DNA of 63,658 bases, filler included, from Reticulomyxa filosa (Eukaryota; Protista; Foraminifera): NCBI GenBank assembly GCA_000512085.1. It is 18 parts of 18 records of this genome, joined end to end, with 100 filler letters (N's around TTAATTAATTAA, not from the genome) between each part and the next. Parts side by side here need not be neighbours in the genome. Positions count along the whole stretch, not along the records: positions 33,720 to 38,051 come from ASPP01020667.1; positions 38,152 to 40,333 come from ASPP01007899.1; positions 40,434 to 41,489 come from ASPP01019412.1; positions 41,590 to 44,068 come from ASPP01001756.1; positions 44,169 to 45,184 come from ASPP01017822.1; positions 45,285 to 50,222 come from ASPP01005942.1; positions 50,323 to 51,883 come from ASPP01044858.1; 11 more parts are not named here. The stretch is one strand, 5' to 3'. A program made the position numbers and the translations under genes. Shown one piece after another: positions 37,743 to 50,339 of the stretch; within the stretch, counting starts at the first letter, position 1; each line of letters begins with the position of its first letter. The notes below the pieces were generated by a model. That model made no database searches. It was not told where the DNA came from and saw nothing but the letters and a program-made list of their open reading frames with translations.

Positions 37743-38003
37743 ATGATAGTAACAACAATTTTTGTCTCCACATGGTTTGTAATTGGAGCATTTAGCGCCA
37801 GTTTGGCCGATATCGCGGATGTTCTGAGTTTCCCTTTGAGTTGGACGCGGCAAACGATCCCTTACCAGACCTCTTCAACTTGTGTAGCGAATATTGATAA
37901 AACCAGTTGGATAGTGGGTGGAAAAACAGAAGGAGTGACAAATGACATCAGTAATATGGTTCAAAAAGTGCAATTTACCACAAGCAGCTACGATTGGCAA
38001 CTC
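37743..38003 (+). CDS. Signal-peptide-bearing hypothetical protein, first exon (possible Kelch-like repeat)
   Basis: Hydrophobic N-terminus, then SWIVGG; runs into an intron and the contig end. Confidence 0.4.
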
Positions 38004-38156
38004 AGTTAATTCTTTTTTTTTTTTTTTTTGCAAAAAAAAAAAAAAAAAAAANNNNNNNNNNNNNNNNNNNNNNNNNNNNNNNNNNNNNNNNNNNNTTAAT
38101 TAATTAANNNNNNNNNNNNNNNNNNNNNNNNNNNNNNNNNNNNNNNNNNNNATATT

Positions 38157-38187
<31 letters not shown>

Positions 38188-38281
38188 ATTTATATATATA
38201 TATATGTATATGTGTATATAGTTTACTTTTTATTTTTATTCATATATTTATTTAACATATACAAATGATGCGTTTAAACAG

Positions 38282-39172
38282 ATTGTATGTTTACGGCACG
38301 CTGAAGAATTGGGAACACCAGTGCCCGAACGAGAGTTATTTGGACATACAAAGTCGGTGCATTGCCTGCGTGCGGATGAGGCGAACAAACGGCTGTTTAG
38401 TGCCGGATTTGATAACAGCATTTGTGTATGGTCGAAAAATGAAAAGTTGAATGACTTCATGCAATTGCAGGTGCTAAAGTCCGTGCACAAGTCCAATGGC
38501 TTCACGTGCTTGCTAACAATGCCCAACATCGATTGCATTGCGGCGGGCACGGACAACGGATACGTAACGATATGGCATGAATGTCCATACAACGAACCCA
38601 AGCCCTTATATGTGGATCAAATCCGTGCCAACTCGGCCGACCAAGATCAATCTCAGGCCACCGTTGAAAATCGCAATAACTCAACGACGACAAATTTGCA
38701 ATATCAAGGCAGCGAACCTTTGAAGCCGTCTATCGATCGAATCCGCGCCATTTCCGAACAAATGATTCGATCCAAGTATATTTCCACAAACAACTTGTTC
38801 AATGGAAGTATCATGAGCCAAAAGTCTGTGCAAACCAATAAAGTTTGGAAGTGCGTGTATTCGTGGAAAGCACATAGCCATGGCAAAGTCACGTCGATGG
38901 AATACATTGAGAAAGATAATGTCCTCGTCACTAGTGGTGAGGATGGATGTGTTCGTGTCGTTTATGTCTGCCATCCCGAATTATTCCCCAGTGTTCAGGT
39001 CACTCCAAAAGATAACCACGTCGAAAATTCCGAACTCTCTTTTGCAGACATCAACAAAAACAGATTGGTCAGTGCTCATTATTCGCCCATTGTTCAATCC
39101 AAATTGTCCGCCGCCTTTGATGAAATCCACCAAAGGGACCAAATTCATTATCAATCCAAATTTCAAAAATAA
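38282..39172 (+). CDS. WD40-repeat protein, last exon (unrelated to the expanded family)
   Basis: LFGHTKSVHCL..LFSAGFDNSICVW; AAGTDNGYVTIW; LVTSGEDGCVRV. AG acceptor at 38281. Confidence 0.75.
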   Translation: MVCLRHAEELGTPVPERELFGHTKSVHCLRADEANKRLFSAGFDNSICVWSKNEKLNDFMQLQVLKSVHKSNGFTCLLTMPNIDCIAAGTDNGYVTIWHECPYNEPKPLYVDQIRANSADQDQSQATVENRNNSTTTNLQYQGSEPLKPSIDRIRAISEQMIRSKYISTNNLFNGSIMSQKSVQTNKVWKCVYSWKAHSHGKVTSMEYIEKDNVLVTSGEDGCVRVVYVCHPELFPSVQVTPKDNHVENSELSFADINKNRLVSAHYSPIVQSKLSAAFDEIHQRDQIHYQSKFQK

Positions 39173-39414
39173 ACGTTTTTCTGGTTGTGTATGTTTTTAA
39201 TTCAAAGCTTATTCAAATTTTTTTTTGTTTTGTTTTACCCAGTTTTCGTTTCTGCTTTTGTTTTTTGTTGACTTAAGTATCACTTGCAAACTATTATCTT
39301 GTCTCATTTTTTTTTTGCAATTCTAATATCTTTAAGGACGGTTTTGTTCTGCAGAATAAAAAAAACTAGTCAAAAAAAAGCAGCAAAAAGGGGCCACTAA
39401 AATAACAAAAAATA

Positions 39415-40258
39415 ATGTCAGCTGATAATGAAGAGCAAAAATCACGCGATGAATCCTTACCCAAAGATTTTGATTTGAAAGGGTATGTTCCACATTCTTC
39501 GTATGTGAATTCGTTGTTGACCGATTTATATCAACTGACAATGGCGTACGCATATTTCGTAAACGGGGCTCCGGACCAAACAGCCGTATTTGATCTATTT
39601 TTCCGAAAGTGCCCGTTCAACGGAGAGTATACCATTTTTGCTGGTTTGGATGACGTGTTGCGTTACTTGAATACGTTTTCATTTACCGAAGAGCAAATCA
39701 GTCAATTAAAGAAGAAGTACCCAACATGGGATCCAAAGTTTGAAACAAATTAAAAAAAAAAAAAAAAATGACAGATACTTTTGTGTTAAAAAGATGATGT
39801 GTTGCCATGGAGAGATGTACAGATTCTGGTCGTATTTGGCAACAGTGAACGCCTCGAAATTGAGAGTATACGCAATGCGCGAGGGTGAAGTGGTGTTCCC
39901 CTCGTCCCCGATGATTCGTGTGGAAGGACCAGTGGCTGCCTGTCAGTTGGTAGAAACGACGTTGTTGAACTGCGTGAACTTTGCGTCACTAATTGCCACG
40001 AATGCTGCGCGAATGTGCGAGGCGGTGATTGGAAGAAGCAAGCCAGTTCAGATGATGGAGTTTGGTCTGCGTCGAGCCCAAGGGCCGGACGGCGCAATGA
40101 GCGCGTCGAAATACGCGTATTTAGGCGGGTTCGATGGCACCAGTAATATCTTGGCGGGGTTGACATATGATATTGCCATTTCGGGCACTCATGCACATTC
40201 CTTTGTTACCACGTTCTCGTCGTTGGATCAACTTCAATTTTCTAATGATACCATTCGA
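39415..40258 (+). CDS. NAPRT: Nicotinate phosphoribosyltransferase, 5' part
   Basis: LLTDLYQLTMAYAY, FFRKCPF, QLVETTLLN, EFGLRRAQGPDG and GTHAHSFV; intron after WDPK. Confidence 0.95.
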
Positions 40259-41154
40259 TGGTATGACTTTCTTACCAATAATAATAACAATTTAATAATA
40301 ATAATAATAATAAATGTATTTATTATTATTATTNNNNNNNNNNNNNNNNNNNNNNNNNNNNNNNNNNNNNNNNNNNNTTAATTAATTAANNNNNNNNNNN
40401 NNNNNNNNNNNNNNNNNNNNNNNNNNNNNNNNNATCAAGTCGTTGCACAAACTTGTCTTAGCCTTTTTGTTTGAACAACAAACTTTGCACAAATCAAAAT
40501 TAACAAGACTATTTTTGAAAGATGACTTGTTTGTCTACTACTCATTATCTTATCCAAAACGAAAGTACACCAAAGTGAAATTCTTGGCAAATACACTGGA
40601 GCGAAGCAAAAACATACATTTGGTGTGTGGTTTCTTTTGAATTTGTGATTCAACAGAAATCAATCAAGAAAGCATCTTCAGAGATCCGAATACTTTGAAA
40701 GAAAATAGTTCAAAGTTGGATATCCGAGTGTTGTTTTGGACTAATGACAAAAGAATTTGTTGAGATGATAATAAAAAAAATTGGAAATGACGAAAGAACT
40801 ATATCAAATCAAATTTGTCAATACCATAATACTTTTGGACATTTTTATCATGATTGTGTTTACTCTGTTGCGATTCTCGAAAAACTTTGATCACAACATC
40901 TTGATTTATATCTATATCATGTTATTATGATATACTACGATTGTGCATCGTTGGAATGAGTTTTATTTTTTAATTAACAAAGAGAGCTAATCTCATACAA
41001 TAACAAAATTTTTGTTTGTGTCTTTTATTCGAAGATCATTTTTTTTTAAATACAAAATTATATTGACGATATTTGCGTAAATCACTCAAACTGTGATATC
41101 AAAAATAAAGATATAAGGAAAAAGACGTAAAAAAAAAAAACTAAGAGCCTAAGA

Positions 41155-41489
41155 GGTCAGAGTAGAATGAAGAGCAAAGTAATGATATTGAAGATTTCTC
41201 CAGTGATTTGGGAGAAGCACTAGTAACTACACAATCTCGTTCGACTTTGGAAACAACGGACAAGATCAAGCAGCCGGAAGGACATTGAGCAAGACCGGCA
41301 GTTGGTGTCAAAATTGAGCACGTTGAATGGGGGGTGTTCCAGGATCGCACCGAATATTTGTAAAAACATGGGGCTGTTCACACAATTGGTTGGATAGTGA
41401 GTACATGGCAGGCAGGGCTATCATGTAACAATGAAAGACGAAGATAGCGAAGACACAGATATTTGGATTCTGAATAGTTGCACCGTAAA
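41155..41489 (+). pseudogene. CDKAL1: tRNA methylthiotransferase (CDKAL1/e-MtaB) 5' pseudogene, not in the ORF track
   Basis: DIEDF; VPGSHRIFVKTWGCSHNWLDSEYMAG; DIWILNSCTV. These are separated by frameshifts and a short deletion after EYMAG, with an in-frame TAG upstream. Confidence 0.85.
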
Positions 41490-41589
41490 NNNNNNNNNNN
41501 NNNNNNNNNNNNNNNNNNNNNNNNNNNNNNNNNTTAATTAATTAANNNNNNNNNNNNNNNNNNNNNNNNNNNNNNNNNNNNNNNNNNNN

Positions 41590-42057
41590 CTGCTGCTGCT
41601 GCTGCTGGCTCTGGAATTGGTGCTGTGGCTGCAGCAGGGTCCTTCAAAGATACCAATATCAAGAACATGCCTCACTCGGCCGACGTCACCGACGTATCCG
41701 GCGCTGAACATGCCAGGAACGAGGAGATGACGTGGCGAGACATTGCCAAGATACTTGTCAGCAAACTCGATCTTCGCACGTTCATTTGGGAAAATGGACA
41801 AAAGTTTGAACAGACCTTCAACGGCAAACAAGCCGTCGATTTCCTGCTCGCCACCGGTCTGGCTCCCGACGCTGAAGAGGCTGTCGACATTATGACATTC
41901 TTGGTCAATCAGGGACACTGCGCGCAGAGAATCGACCCCGACATGCCAAACGAGTTTGAAAATCTGTCCAGCGCACATTTCCAATGGGTCAATCCAGAGT
42001 CCATTTTGAATTACACTGAAAATAGCAATATTGGTCACAGTAGTCACAATAGTAGTC

Positions 42058-42100
<43 letters not shown>

Positions 42101-42644
42101 TAATAATAATAACAATAACAGCAATTACGACAGCAAACTTGATGGCGATGCCAGTGAAAAGGACTTTGACGAAATGAGCCAGAGCGACAACAACGAAAGT
42201 CTAATGCCCAATATTCGCATCGGCCTGAAGCAGTCGTACGGAGGGTATCAACATCTCATGAAACGCACGCATAACATTGAAAAAATGAACGAAAACAAAG
42301 TCAGCGCAGGACTGAAGAGAGCACGAACAATGGGCAACTTGATCATGGACAAAGATGCAAAAAAAGCACCCACTCAAATTCAGGGCACCGAAAAAGACAA
42401 AGACAATAATGCACCTTCTGCAGATCCTGAAAAAAATACTGAAAACAAAGAAGAGCTGGTATGCGTATGCGTGTACATATATGTATACGTATACATGTAT
42501 GTGTGTGTACGTATTTTTGCACACAAAATATGAACACATTTCTTATAGACGCGTCTGAAAAGTGGAAATCTATTTCCAGAAAGGCCTAGTCCTGGTGCTG
42601 GCATGCGTGGAAGCGTTTCACATAAACCTAAAGACAGTGTGTGA
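41590..42644 (+). CDS. DEP-domain protein, 3' part
   Basis: FEQTFNGKQAVDFL..EEAVDIMTFLVNQG..FEN..HFQW (DEP); poly-Asn tract; last exon 42549-42644. Confidence 0.75.
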
Positions 42645-43968
42645 GACATATGCATTATTGTTTATAAAAGCAACAACAAAAAAAAAAAAAAACAAGCCTG
42701 TTTCAAACAAAGTAAGAAATTTTTTTTTTTCCGTTTCCCATTTTATATTTTTTATAATAATAAAAAAATTTGGTCAAGTCTTTTGTTCTTGTTTCCTCTC
42801 CTATCCCTTTCCTCTCTCCCTCCTATCCCTTTTTCCCTTCATTATCATCCCCAACATCTGCAGCACAAAATTGGCACTTTAATTTTTTTTTTTAATCTCC
42901 AAGCTATTGTTGTTTTAAAAAAAAATCCGGCAAGACAATGCAAAAAAGACTTGGAGAAAAATTTGTCTTTTTCTCCTTTTCATGTGTGAATAGTTGCGTT
43001 GTGCATTTTGTTTGTTGTTCTTGTATTTTGGATTTTTCTCTTTTCCTCATTTGCACGATACAGCACTTTACTTTGTACTGCTGCAATGTTTCGATTTTTG
43101 CTTTTTCTTGTTGTTTTGTTTGTTTGTTATTCCTTGACAAATACAACAACAAAATTTTTCAAAGAGTTTGATTTGATGGTGAAAAAAAAGTATTGAAAGC
43201 ATTTCTGTTGCTTATGTTTTGCAAAACTATAGCTTTGTGAAAATAAAAAAAGACTTTTCCAGTAATTTGTTTTGGTTTACAAGTTTTTCATTGTTGTCAA
43301 TTGTGGTACTGTTATTGTTGGTTTTCATTTTTAGTAAACCAAAGATAGTTAAAAATGGCATCAGAGCAGCTCACTGAATAACTTGTAATCTTAAACACAC
43401 AACGATTGATACTTTCAAAAAGTGATTAAATATGCTAGACTAAAGAAACGGAAATATCTTCAATACAAATCAACATCTTTTCCGATTGCAGCATTTTATA
43501 ACTTCATTGTTACGAAAGTAATTAATTGTCTTTTGAATTTGACATAATAACAAAAGGATTTGTATTGCATATCATTCGAACTTTTTTATAATTAACTTTT
43601 TGTAATGATACTCAAGTAAATATTGAAATAATCAATTTTCAGATAGTGGACATGTTTTGATTTAACTATCATTTAAATTTCTAAAATAATAACATCTTCT
43701 TTTATCCTTTAAATTATTAGAAAAAAAAGAAATAACAAATGACTTACTGTTCATATTTCAGAAAAATATATACACTTAATTGAATTGATTATTTATGACA
43801 ATTATTGCATATTTGACAATATATAATTTTACTTTTGTAGGATATATTTTTAATTAGATATTGCATTTTTGTTCATTGTCTTGCTATACAATTTTTTAAA
43901 AAGGGTCAATCTTTGATTTATAGTTTAAAATGTCAAAAAACTTAAATATATTTCAGAAAAAAATATTA

Positions 43969-44068
43969 CAGTAGGTTGCAAAGAAAACTGAACGCCTAAA
44001 ACGATATCATATGATAATAATTGATTTTCTCAATGAAAAATCAACATTTATACTTAATATTTTTTTAA
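43969..44068. mobile_element. Left TIR of the MITE family, running into the contig end
   Basis: TA|CAGTAGGTTGCAAAGAAAACTGAACGCC...; inverted match to 1-68. Confidence 0.85.
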
Positions 44069-44168
44069 NNNNNNNNNNNNNNNNNNNNNNNNNNNNNNNN
44101 NNNNNNNNNNNNTTAATTAATTAANNNNNNNNNNNNNNNNNNNNNNNNNNNNNNNNNNNNNNNNNNNN

Positions 44169-44207
44169 TTTTTAAAAACCCGGAATTCAAACCCTTTCGG
44201 TTCCAAC
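44169..44207. repeat. Arm of a palindromic repeat at a contig start
   Basis: Exact reverse complement of 63612-63650. Confidence 0.9.
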
Positions 44208-44476
44208 GTATTTCGAGCAATTGAAAAAATACAAAGCCCAAAAAGCTGTTTCGTTTTTTTTTTTATTTCTCATGTATAATCCTTTTTTTTTTTTGAAAAT
44301 ACAAACTTTTATTTAGTCACCGTATATATATAAACAATACGCATTATTTTTATTTATATGAAAAGCCATATAAAATGATGAGAATATGGGCTTTGACATT
44401 TATTTAACCTCAAACTTTTTTTTTTTTTAATTAAAATGTGTGTGTGTGTGTTTGCTAATTTAAAAAAAAAAAAAAG

Positions 44477-44830
44477 GAAGTCAGAAAAAACAAGGAAATG
44501 CAGCGGCAGGTGCCAAGGCGGGGGGCAATTCGAAACATGTGAGAACAGCAAGCGTGGGGGTGATAGCAAAGCCGGTGAAAGTGAAGTTTACGATGGCCGA
44601 CACGAAGTTGTGGAAGGCGTTGAAGGAGCAATTCACTCACGTCTTGCAATGGGACAACCTGTCGCAGGCACCTTCTGATTGGTACTGGTTCCAATGCAAT
44701 TTCTTGAATAATCCAATGTGGTTGGACTTTTTAGGTATTTTTTTTAAAAAAAAGGGGGGGGAATCTTTATATTAATTGCATTAAATACAAGATCGCACTT
44801 GATTGGGATGATAACGTTATAAATATGTGT

Positions 44831-44869
<39 letters not shown>

Positions 44870-45140
44870 GTGGAAATGATAATGAACAAAAACACGAATA
44901 ACGTGTACCTGCGTTGCTTGCCGCAAGAGTTTACGGAGAAGGACCTGACAGACTTGTGCAGCCCATTTGGACAGTTGACGTGTACTCGAGTTCGCGAAAA
45001 TGGCGTGGCATTTGTGCGTTACAGACAGCCCGAAAACGCTCAACGAGCCATTCGCGAATTGAACGGGAAGCTTATCCCTGGCAGCCAACGACCTCTCTTG
45101 GCCAAATTAGCCAATTCGTTACGTCCGTCTACTACTGTGA
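44477..45140 (+). CDS. RRM RNA-binding protein, internal exons
   Basis: NVYLRCLP (RNP2), GVAFVRY (RNP1), AQRAIRELNG..PLLAKLAN. Confidence 0.8.
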
Positions 45141-45149
45141 TGCGAATTT

Positions 45150-45184
<35 letters not shown>

Positions 45185-46231
45185 NNNNNNNNNNNNNNNN
45201 NNNNNNNNNNNNNNNNNNNNNNNNNNNNTTAATTAATTAANNNNNNNNNNNNNNNNNNNNNNNNNNNNNNNNNNNNNNNNNNNNTTTTTTATATTTATTT
45301 ATATTCTTCAATAACTAATTTTTCTTTTCCTTTATGCTTCTTCTTTTCATATGTCTTCAAATATTTGATCGTCTTTACCGTCCATATTTAGATAATATGT
45401 TTAATGATAACCAATCATTATACAGTTGCGACTTGTTTATTAAGTTTTCATACTTTAGTACTTCTATGTTTACTCGTATCATAGTTATGTAATCTATTTT
45501 TGCAGTTATATAACTGTCTTTTTTTCCATAATATCACATTATGATATTGACTTCGTATATAGTACCTTTTTCTTTATTTTCAAAATCTTATTAAATCCTA
45601 AAAATAACTTGGTAATATTCATTGCTAATGATTCTTAGCCATTCTTCATTTTCTTTTCTGCTGACACCTTTTCTCCTTTTTATCCACTTAAGCATTTCCT
45701 TATTGAATCTTATTCCTTTTTGTAATGCCAAGAATAGTACCAACAGAAAATTCTTTGCAGATTAAAAACATAATCTTAAATTTTATATTATTTTTAGTGT
45801 TTCATTAGTTAATTTCTATTCTCTGTACATATTTATATTTTTTCTTCTTTTTCTTCCACAATGTTCATTTTTTACTACCGCAAATTCGCAATTTTAATTA
45901 TTGAATTATTAATTTCTGATATACTAAACAGCCAAGCTAGTGCTATCGTTCTACTGGACTCAAGCTCCTAAAAAACCTAGTTAATGGAACAGTAAAACAA
46001 TAAAACAAACAAATCAATCATTATGCAAATAATTAGATACAAACACAATGTATCTTAAACTTTTGGACCTTTACTTAATATTTGGCTTTTACTTACTTAA
46101 ATAAGTAAAACGTAAAGCTTAAAACGCAAAAGTATTAAAAATCTACTCTTACTGAAAAACACACAAAGGTAAACAAAAACTTAAAAACTGAAAATAAAAG
46201 TAAAGAGTTTTTTTCTTGCTGACAAATTTTC

Positions 46232-46738
46232 CATGGATTTTGTATGAACTCATTTTCCAATTTATTTATTTTTTACATTTTTCTAATTAACACTTTTTTG
46301 TTGTTTTATTTCTTTACATTTTACTGTTTATACTTTTTCTGTTCATTATTGCGATTTTACTACAATTTACGTTTTGAAAGGTTCTTAACTGTATAAAGTG
46401 CAATAGTAGAATACGCAGAAACTATAGAAGGAAAAGAAAGAATTATGATTGACGAAAATGAAAAGAAAGCAAGAGAAATAATGTCAAAACAAAATGTAAC
46501 ATAGCTCAAGAAAGGAATATGATAAATTAAGAGAAAAAAGTTATATCACAGAACAAGAAGAAATAATCTTTCAACGCAAATTGTGGTAAAATCGCAATAA
46601 TGAAAAGAAAAAGTATAAACAGTAAAATGGAAAGAAGTAAAACAACAAAAAAATGTTAATTAAAAAAATGTAGAAAATAAATAAATAATTGGAAAATGAG
46701 TTTATAATATTATTTTCTTTCTTGTACAAAATTCCACA
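46232..46738. mobile_element. Foldback/MITE-like element with about 135-bp imperfect inverted repeats
   Basis: 46247-46380 (AACTCATTTTCCAAT...TTGAAAG) is approximately the reverse complement of 46568-46702 (CTTTCAA...ATTGGAAAATGAGTT). Confidence 0.75.
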
Positions 46739-47102
46739 CGTTTTGCGTCTGAAAAGATTGTAATTAATAACAATATTCTAAAACTAGCTATAAAGTTTTT
46801 AAAAAAAAGTTAGTGATGCGCTTACAATATGTTTTTTCAAGTTAACAAAAAAACATATTTATGCCAACACTAATCGAATATAAAAGTAGCGAAAATATTT
46901 TATTTTTGGTTATCAAATTTTTTATTTCATTTTATTTTTTTTGTCGTCATATTCAACTTGTACTTCAAACTAGAAAAGTATTTATCACAATTTCGGTCGA
47001 TGATAGAAAAATAAAATAATCTAACACTCTTATGCAGTTACATTTATTTACTATTCATTTTTTCAAAACGAATACAAGCTTGTTGTATTAATGTAAGTTT
47101 TG

Positions 47103-48256
47103 TTATCCCCAAATCCTTATTGTCAAGTCACGAGAACCTGATATAATTGTATCACCATCTGGCGAAATATCCACTCCCATCACCCAATCCGAATGCCCGT
47201 CCAACACTTGCATTTCACGTCCTGATTTTACATCCCAAATTCGAATTGTAGTATCATCAGAACAAGATACGATAGTTTGACAATCAGGTGAATATTTTAC
47301 ATCATTTATCCAAAATAAATGTCCTTCTAATTTTTTCAATTCTTCTCCTAATTTCACATGCCATATTCGAATTGTTCTATCACGTGAACAAGATACAACG
47401 AATTGACCATTCGGTGAAAATTTGGCACGCAATATGTAATCAGAATGTCCCTTTAATTCTTTCAATATTTTACCCGATTGTACACTCCATAAAACAACCG
47501 TGTTGTTTTGCGATAAAGATAAAACCATTTGTCCATCTGGCGAAAATTGTACACTTTGTGCATCATATGAATTTCCTATCAATTTTTTGATTGCTTTTCC
47601 AGATATTGCATCCCATATTCGTATTGTCCTGTCAGATGAACCTGACACAATATATTTACCATCTGGAGAAAAATTTACCTCCCACACCCGACTTATATGC
47701 TCTTCTATTTTCATTCGCTCTTTTCCGGAATCCACATCCCACAATCGAATTGTTCTGTCACGTGAACACGAAACAATAGTATGTCCATCTGGTGAAAATT
47801 CAGCAGCATAGATCACATCAGAATGTCCTTCACATTTTTGGAGTTGCTTTCCTGATACAAAATCCCATATTCGAACTGTTGTATCGTTTGACGACGAAAC
47901 AATCTTTTGTCCATCAGGTGAGAATTTTACAATCCTTACTATACCTTCATGCCCTTCTAATACTTTCAATAATTGAATATATCTAGCCTATGTTTGAAAT
48001 AGTGAGGATTAACAATAACGTTAGCCATTCCGCTCCAAGTTGGAAAACAAACGACAACTTAACATATTTTATAACAATTATATCAAAATCGTAGATCCAT
48101 CCTAATTTTACATTCAAAAGTCGGATCCAGTTTTGAATAACAAGTTTTACTGCTTTTCTTGACTGTTTTTGTTTTTCATTAATCAATAAGCATATTTCAT
48201 AAACATAAAAGAATTACCGATTGTGGTGTATTCGTCTTTTCATTGATAGCATTCAT
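47103..48256 (-). CDS. Intact WD40-repeat protein (7 repeats) of the expanded family
   Basis: Open 288-aa repeat exon; upstream exon IQNWIRLLNVKLGWIYDFDIIVIKY; probable ATG at 48256. Confidence 0.9.
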
Positions 48257-49012
48257 TTCTATGTTTTTTTTAAGTAAACGGTGTAAACTTTGGTCTCCCT
48301 TTTGTTGTTTTTTTTGTACAAAACAATTATCTCAAGATTTCCTTTCAGGAATAATAAACAAATCAATTCCAAACAGAAAATATTTGATTGATATAACTAA
48401 GGCAATCTCTTTTCATATCTTACAAAAAAAACGCAGAAAACAAAATCCTTAAAGTTCAAATTGAAAGAGAAAATAAAGAATGCTAGACACATCACAAGTG
48501 ATTGATCTTCTATCAACAATTATTGCATTGAAGGCCTTTCAAGTGCTACCATAGTAGACACATTTTTAAATATGTTCAAATCTTTATGATATTTAAAAAA
48601 AAGCTTCTACCAATAAAATACTAAATAATAAAATCCGAAATACTGAAACGTAAAAACATTATTTACTGTCAATATATAATGTCAATACAAAAAAATCCGA
48701 ATTTTTATGTTTCTAAAAAAGGCAATATATTTGTTGATTTGAACTGCCAATTCAAAGCGCTATAATGTTACTTAAACTTACATTTCGTAACTATCAGTTT
48801 TTATTGCTTTGATTTTTTTTAAGTTGTGATTAACTCCTGAAAATGCTATCATAACATTTCTTTTTTCTTATCGTGATTAAAGAATCTAATTTTCGATTAT
48901 AATTTCCAATTGATTTGCTGTTATTTCGTCTTCAATTCTATTTCATTATCTTGACAACAAATTTTATTCACTAAACATCTTATAAATACACAGAAGTGTC
49001 ATACTACTTATT

Positions 49013-49068
49013 TATTTATTTTTTTAAGCTTTTGCACCGGGAGGGCGTGAGTGTGTCTGACTACTCCT
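49013..49068 (-). mobile_element. 56-bp 5'-truncated retro-insertion with a 14-bp TSD
   Basis: TCATACTACTTATT is directly repeated at 48999-49012 and 49069-49082 around a GC-rich insert that ends in an A/TAAA tail on the minus strand. Confidence 0.75.
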
Positions 49069-49744
49069 TCATACTACTTATTGTCATTATCGTCTAGCAT
49101 AGTATTGCTTACGTTGCAATAGTGATTAATTTTTGAAAAATTTTGTACTTTTTTAGTTTTTCTATGTCACGTTACGAGTTATTTCATCAATCTTTTTAAT
49201 TAGTTCAATATTTAGTTAAGCGTTCTATTTCTTTTATTTTCTCAATTTTAGAGCAAATCCTTTGGTAAATTATAAAATTTCGAATTTAATTTGTTTAAGT
49301 ATTTATATCTATTGTAATAAACAAAAAATAAAAAAAAATTAACTTTATAGACTCAACAACTAAATCAAAATGTAGTGCTAAAGCAGAATTTAACTTACAA
49401 TCATGTCTATACTCAAAAGATTCAAATAAGCCTTTGTTGATATTTCTTATTGTATTTTTCTTTTTTATTTCAAGAACGGTGATATTCTGTTACTCAATGC
49501 TACTTACAATATAATGCAAATTAAAAATTTAACAATAGATTAACTTAATTTTGTGAATCGAGCAATTTACTTAAAAAAAATAGTTTAGTAAAATGGAAAA
49601 CAAAAAATGTTTCCTTATTTAAGTGCCCTCATTTAAAAATTAAATTATAAATACTACTTAACTTTTTTTTTGATTTCATGCGTTAGTTTGGGAATTTCCC
49701 TTTGGTGAATTGCACCTATTTTATTTTTTAACAAAAGGTCATCC

Positions 49745-50182
49745 ATGACGGATAATAATTCTTCAAACGACTCTTCAGCCTCGAGTTGGTGGGGTTATGT
49801 TGGCAGTGCATGGAATACAATCCAAGAGACTGCTCATGACTTTAAACGTTTGTAATAATTTGTGGTTTCTGCAGACGGACCCGAAGACAGTAATGAGGAC
49901 AAAGGCCAAACAAACAAACAAAAACAAAATGATAGAATCTTTGACGAGCGAAAACGAAGAAACACTAGAAACAGTAAAGTCGGCGTTAAAAAAGGAGAAC
50001 ATTACCCAAAATGTGAAAGCCGTGTCGACCAAATTAAGCACAGTGAACGACATGATCCAAACAGCTATCCAAACCATTGTGACGGAAAACCCGGAAGAAA
50101 TAATGGCCAAAGACAAGTCAAAGGAGCAAATAGACTTTATCAGTGACGATGACAATAACCCTTCACTTTTGATTGAGCCAAA
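49745..50182 (+). CDS. Hypothetical protein 5' part (N-terminus resembles BSD-domain proteins)
   Basis: MTDNNSS..SWWGYVGSAWNTIQE, then a helical exon ending NPSLLIEP. The BSD domain itself is not present in the contig. Confidence 0.35.
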
Positions 50183-50339
50183 GTTACAATTTTTTGTTTG
50201 TTTGTTTGTTTGAGGAAGAAAANNNNNNNNNNNNNNNNNNNNNNNNNNNNNNNNNNNNNNNNNNNNTTAATTAATTAANNNNNNNNNNNNNNNNNNNNNN
50301 NNNNNNNNNNNNNNNNNNNNNNTATTAAGCTACTTGTAT

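Noticed and set aside
39415-41489. Functional link between NAPRT and CDKAL1, or any genes across spacers
   Set aside because: They are on different contigs joined artificially.
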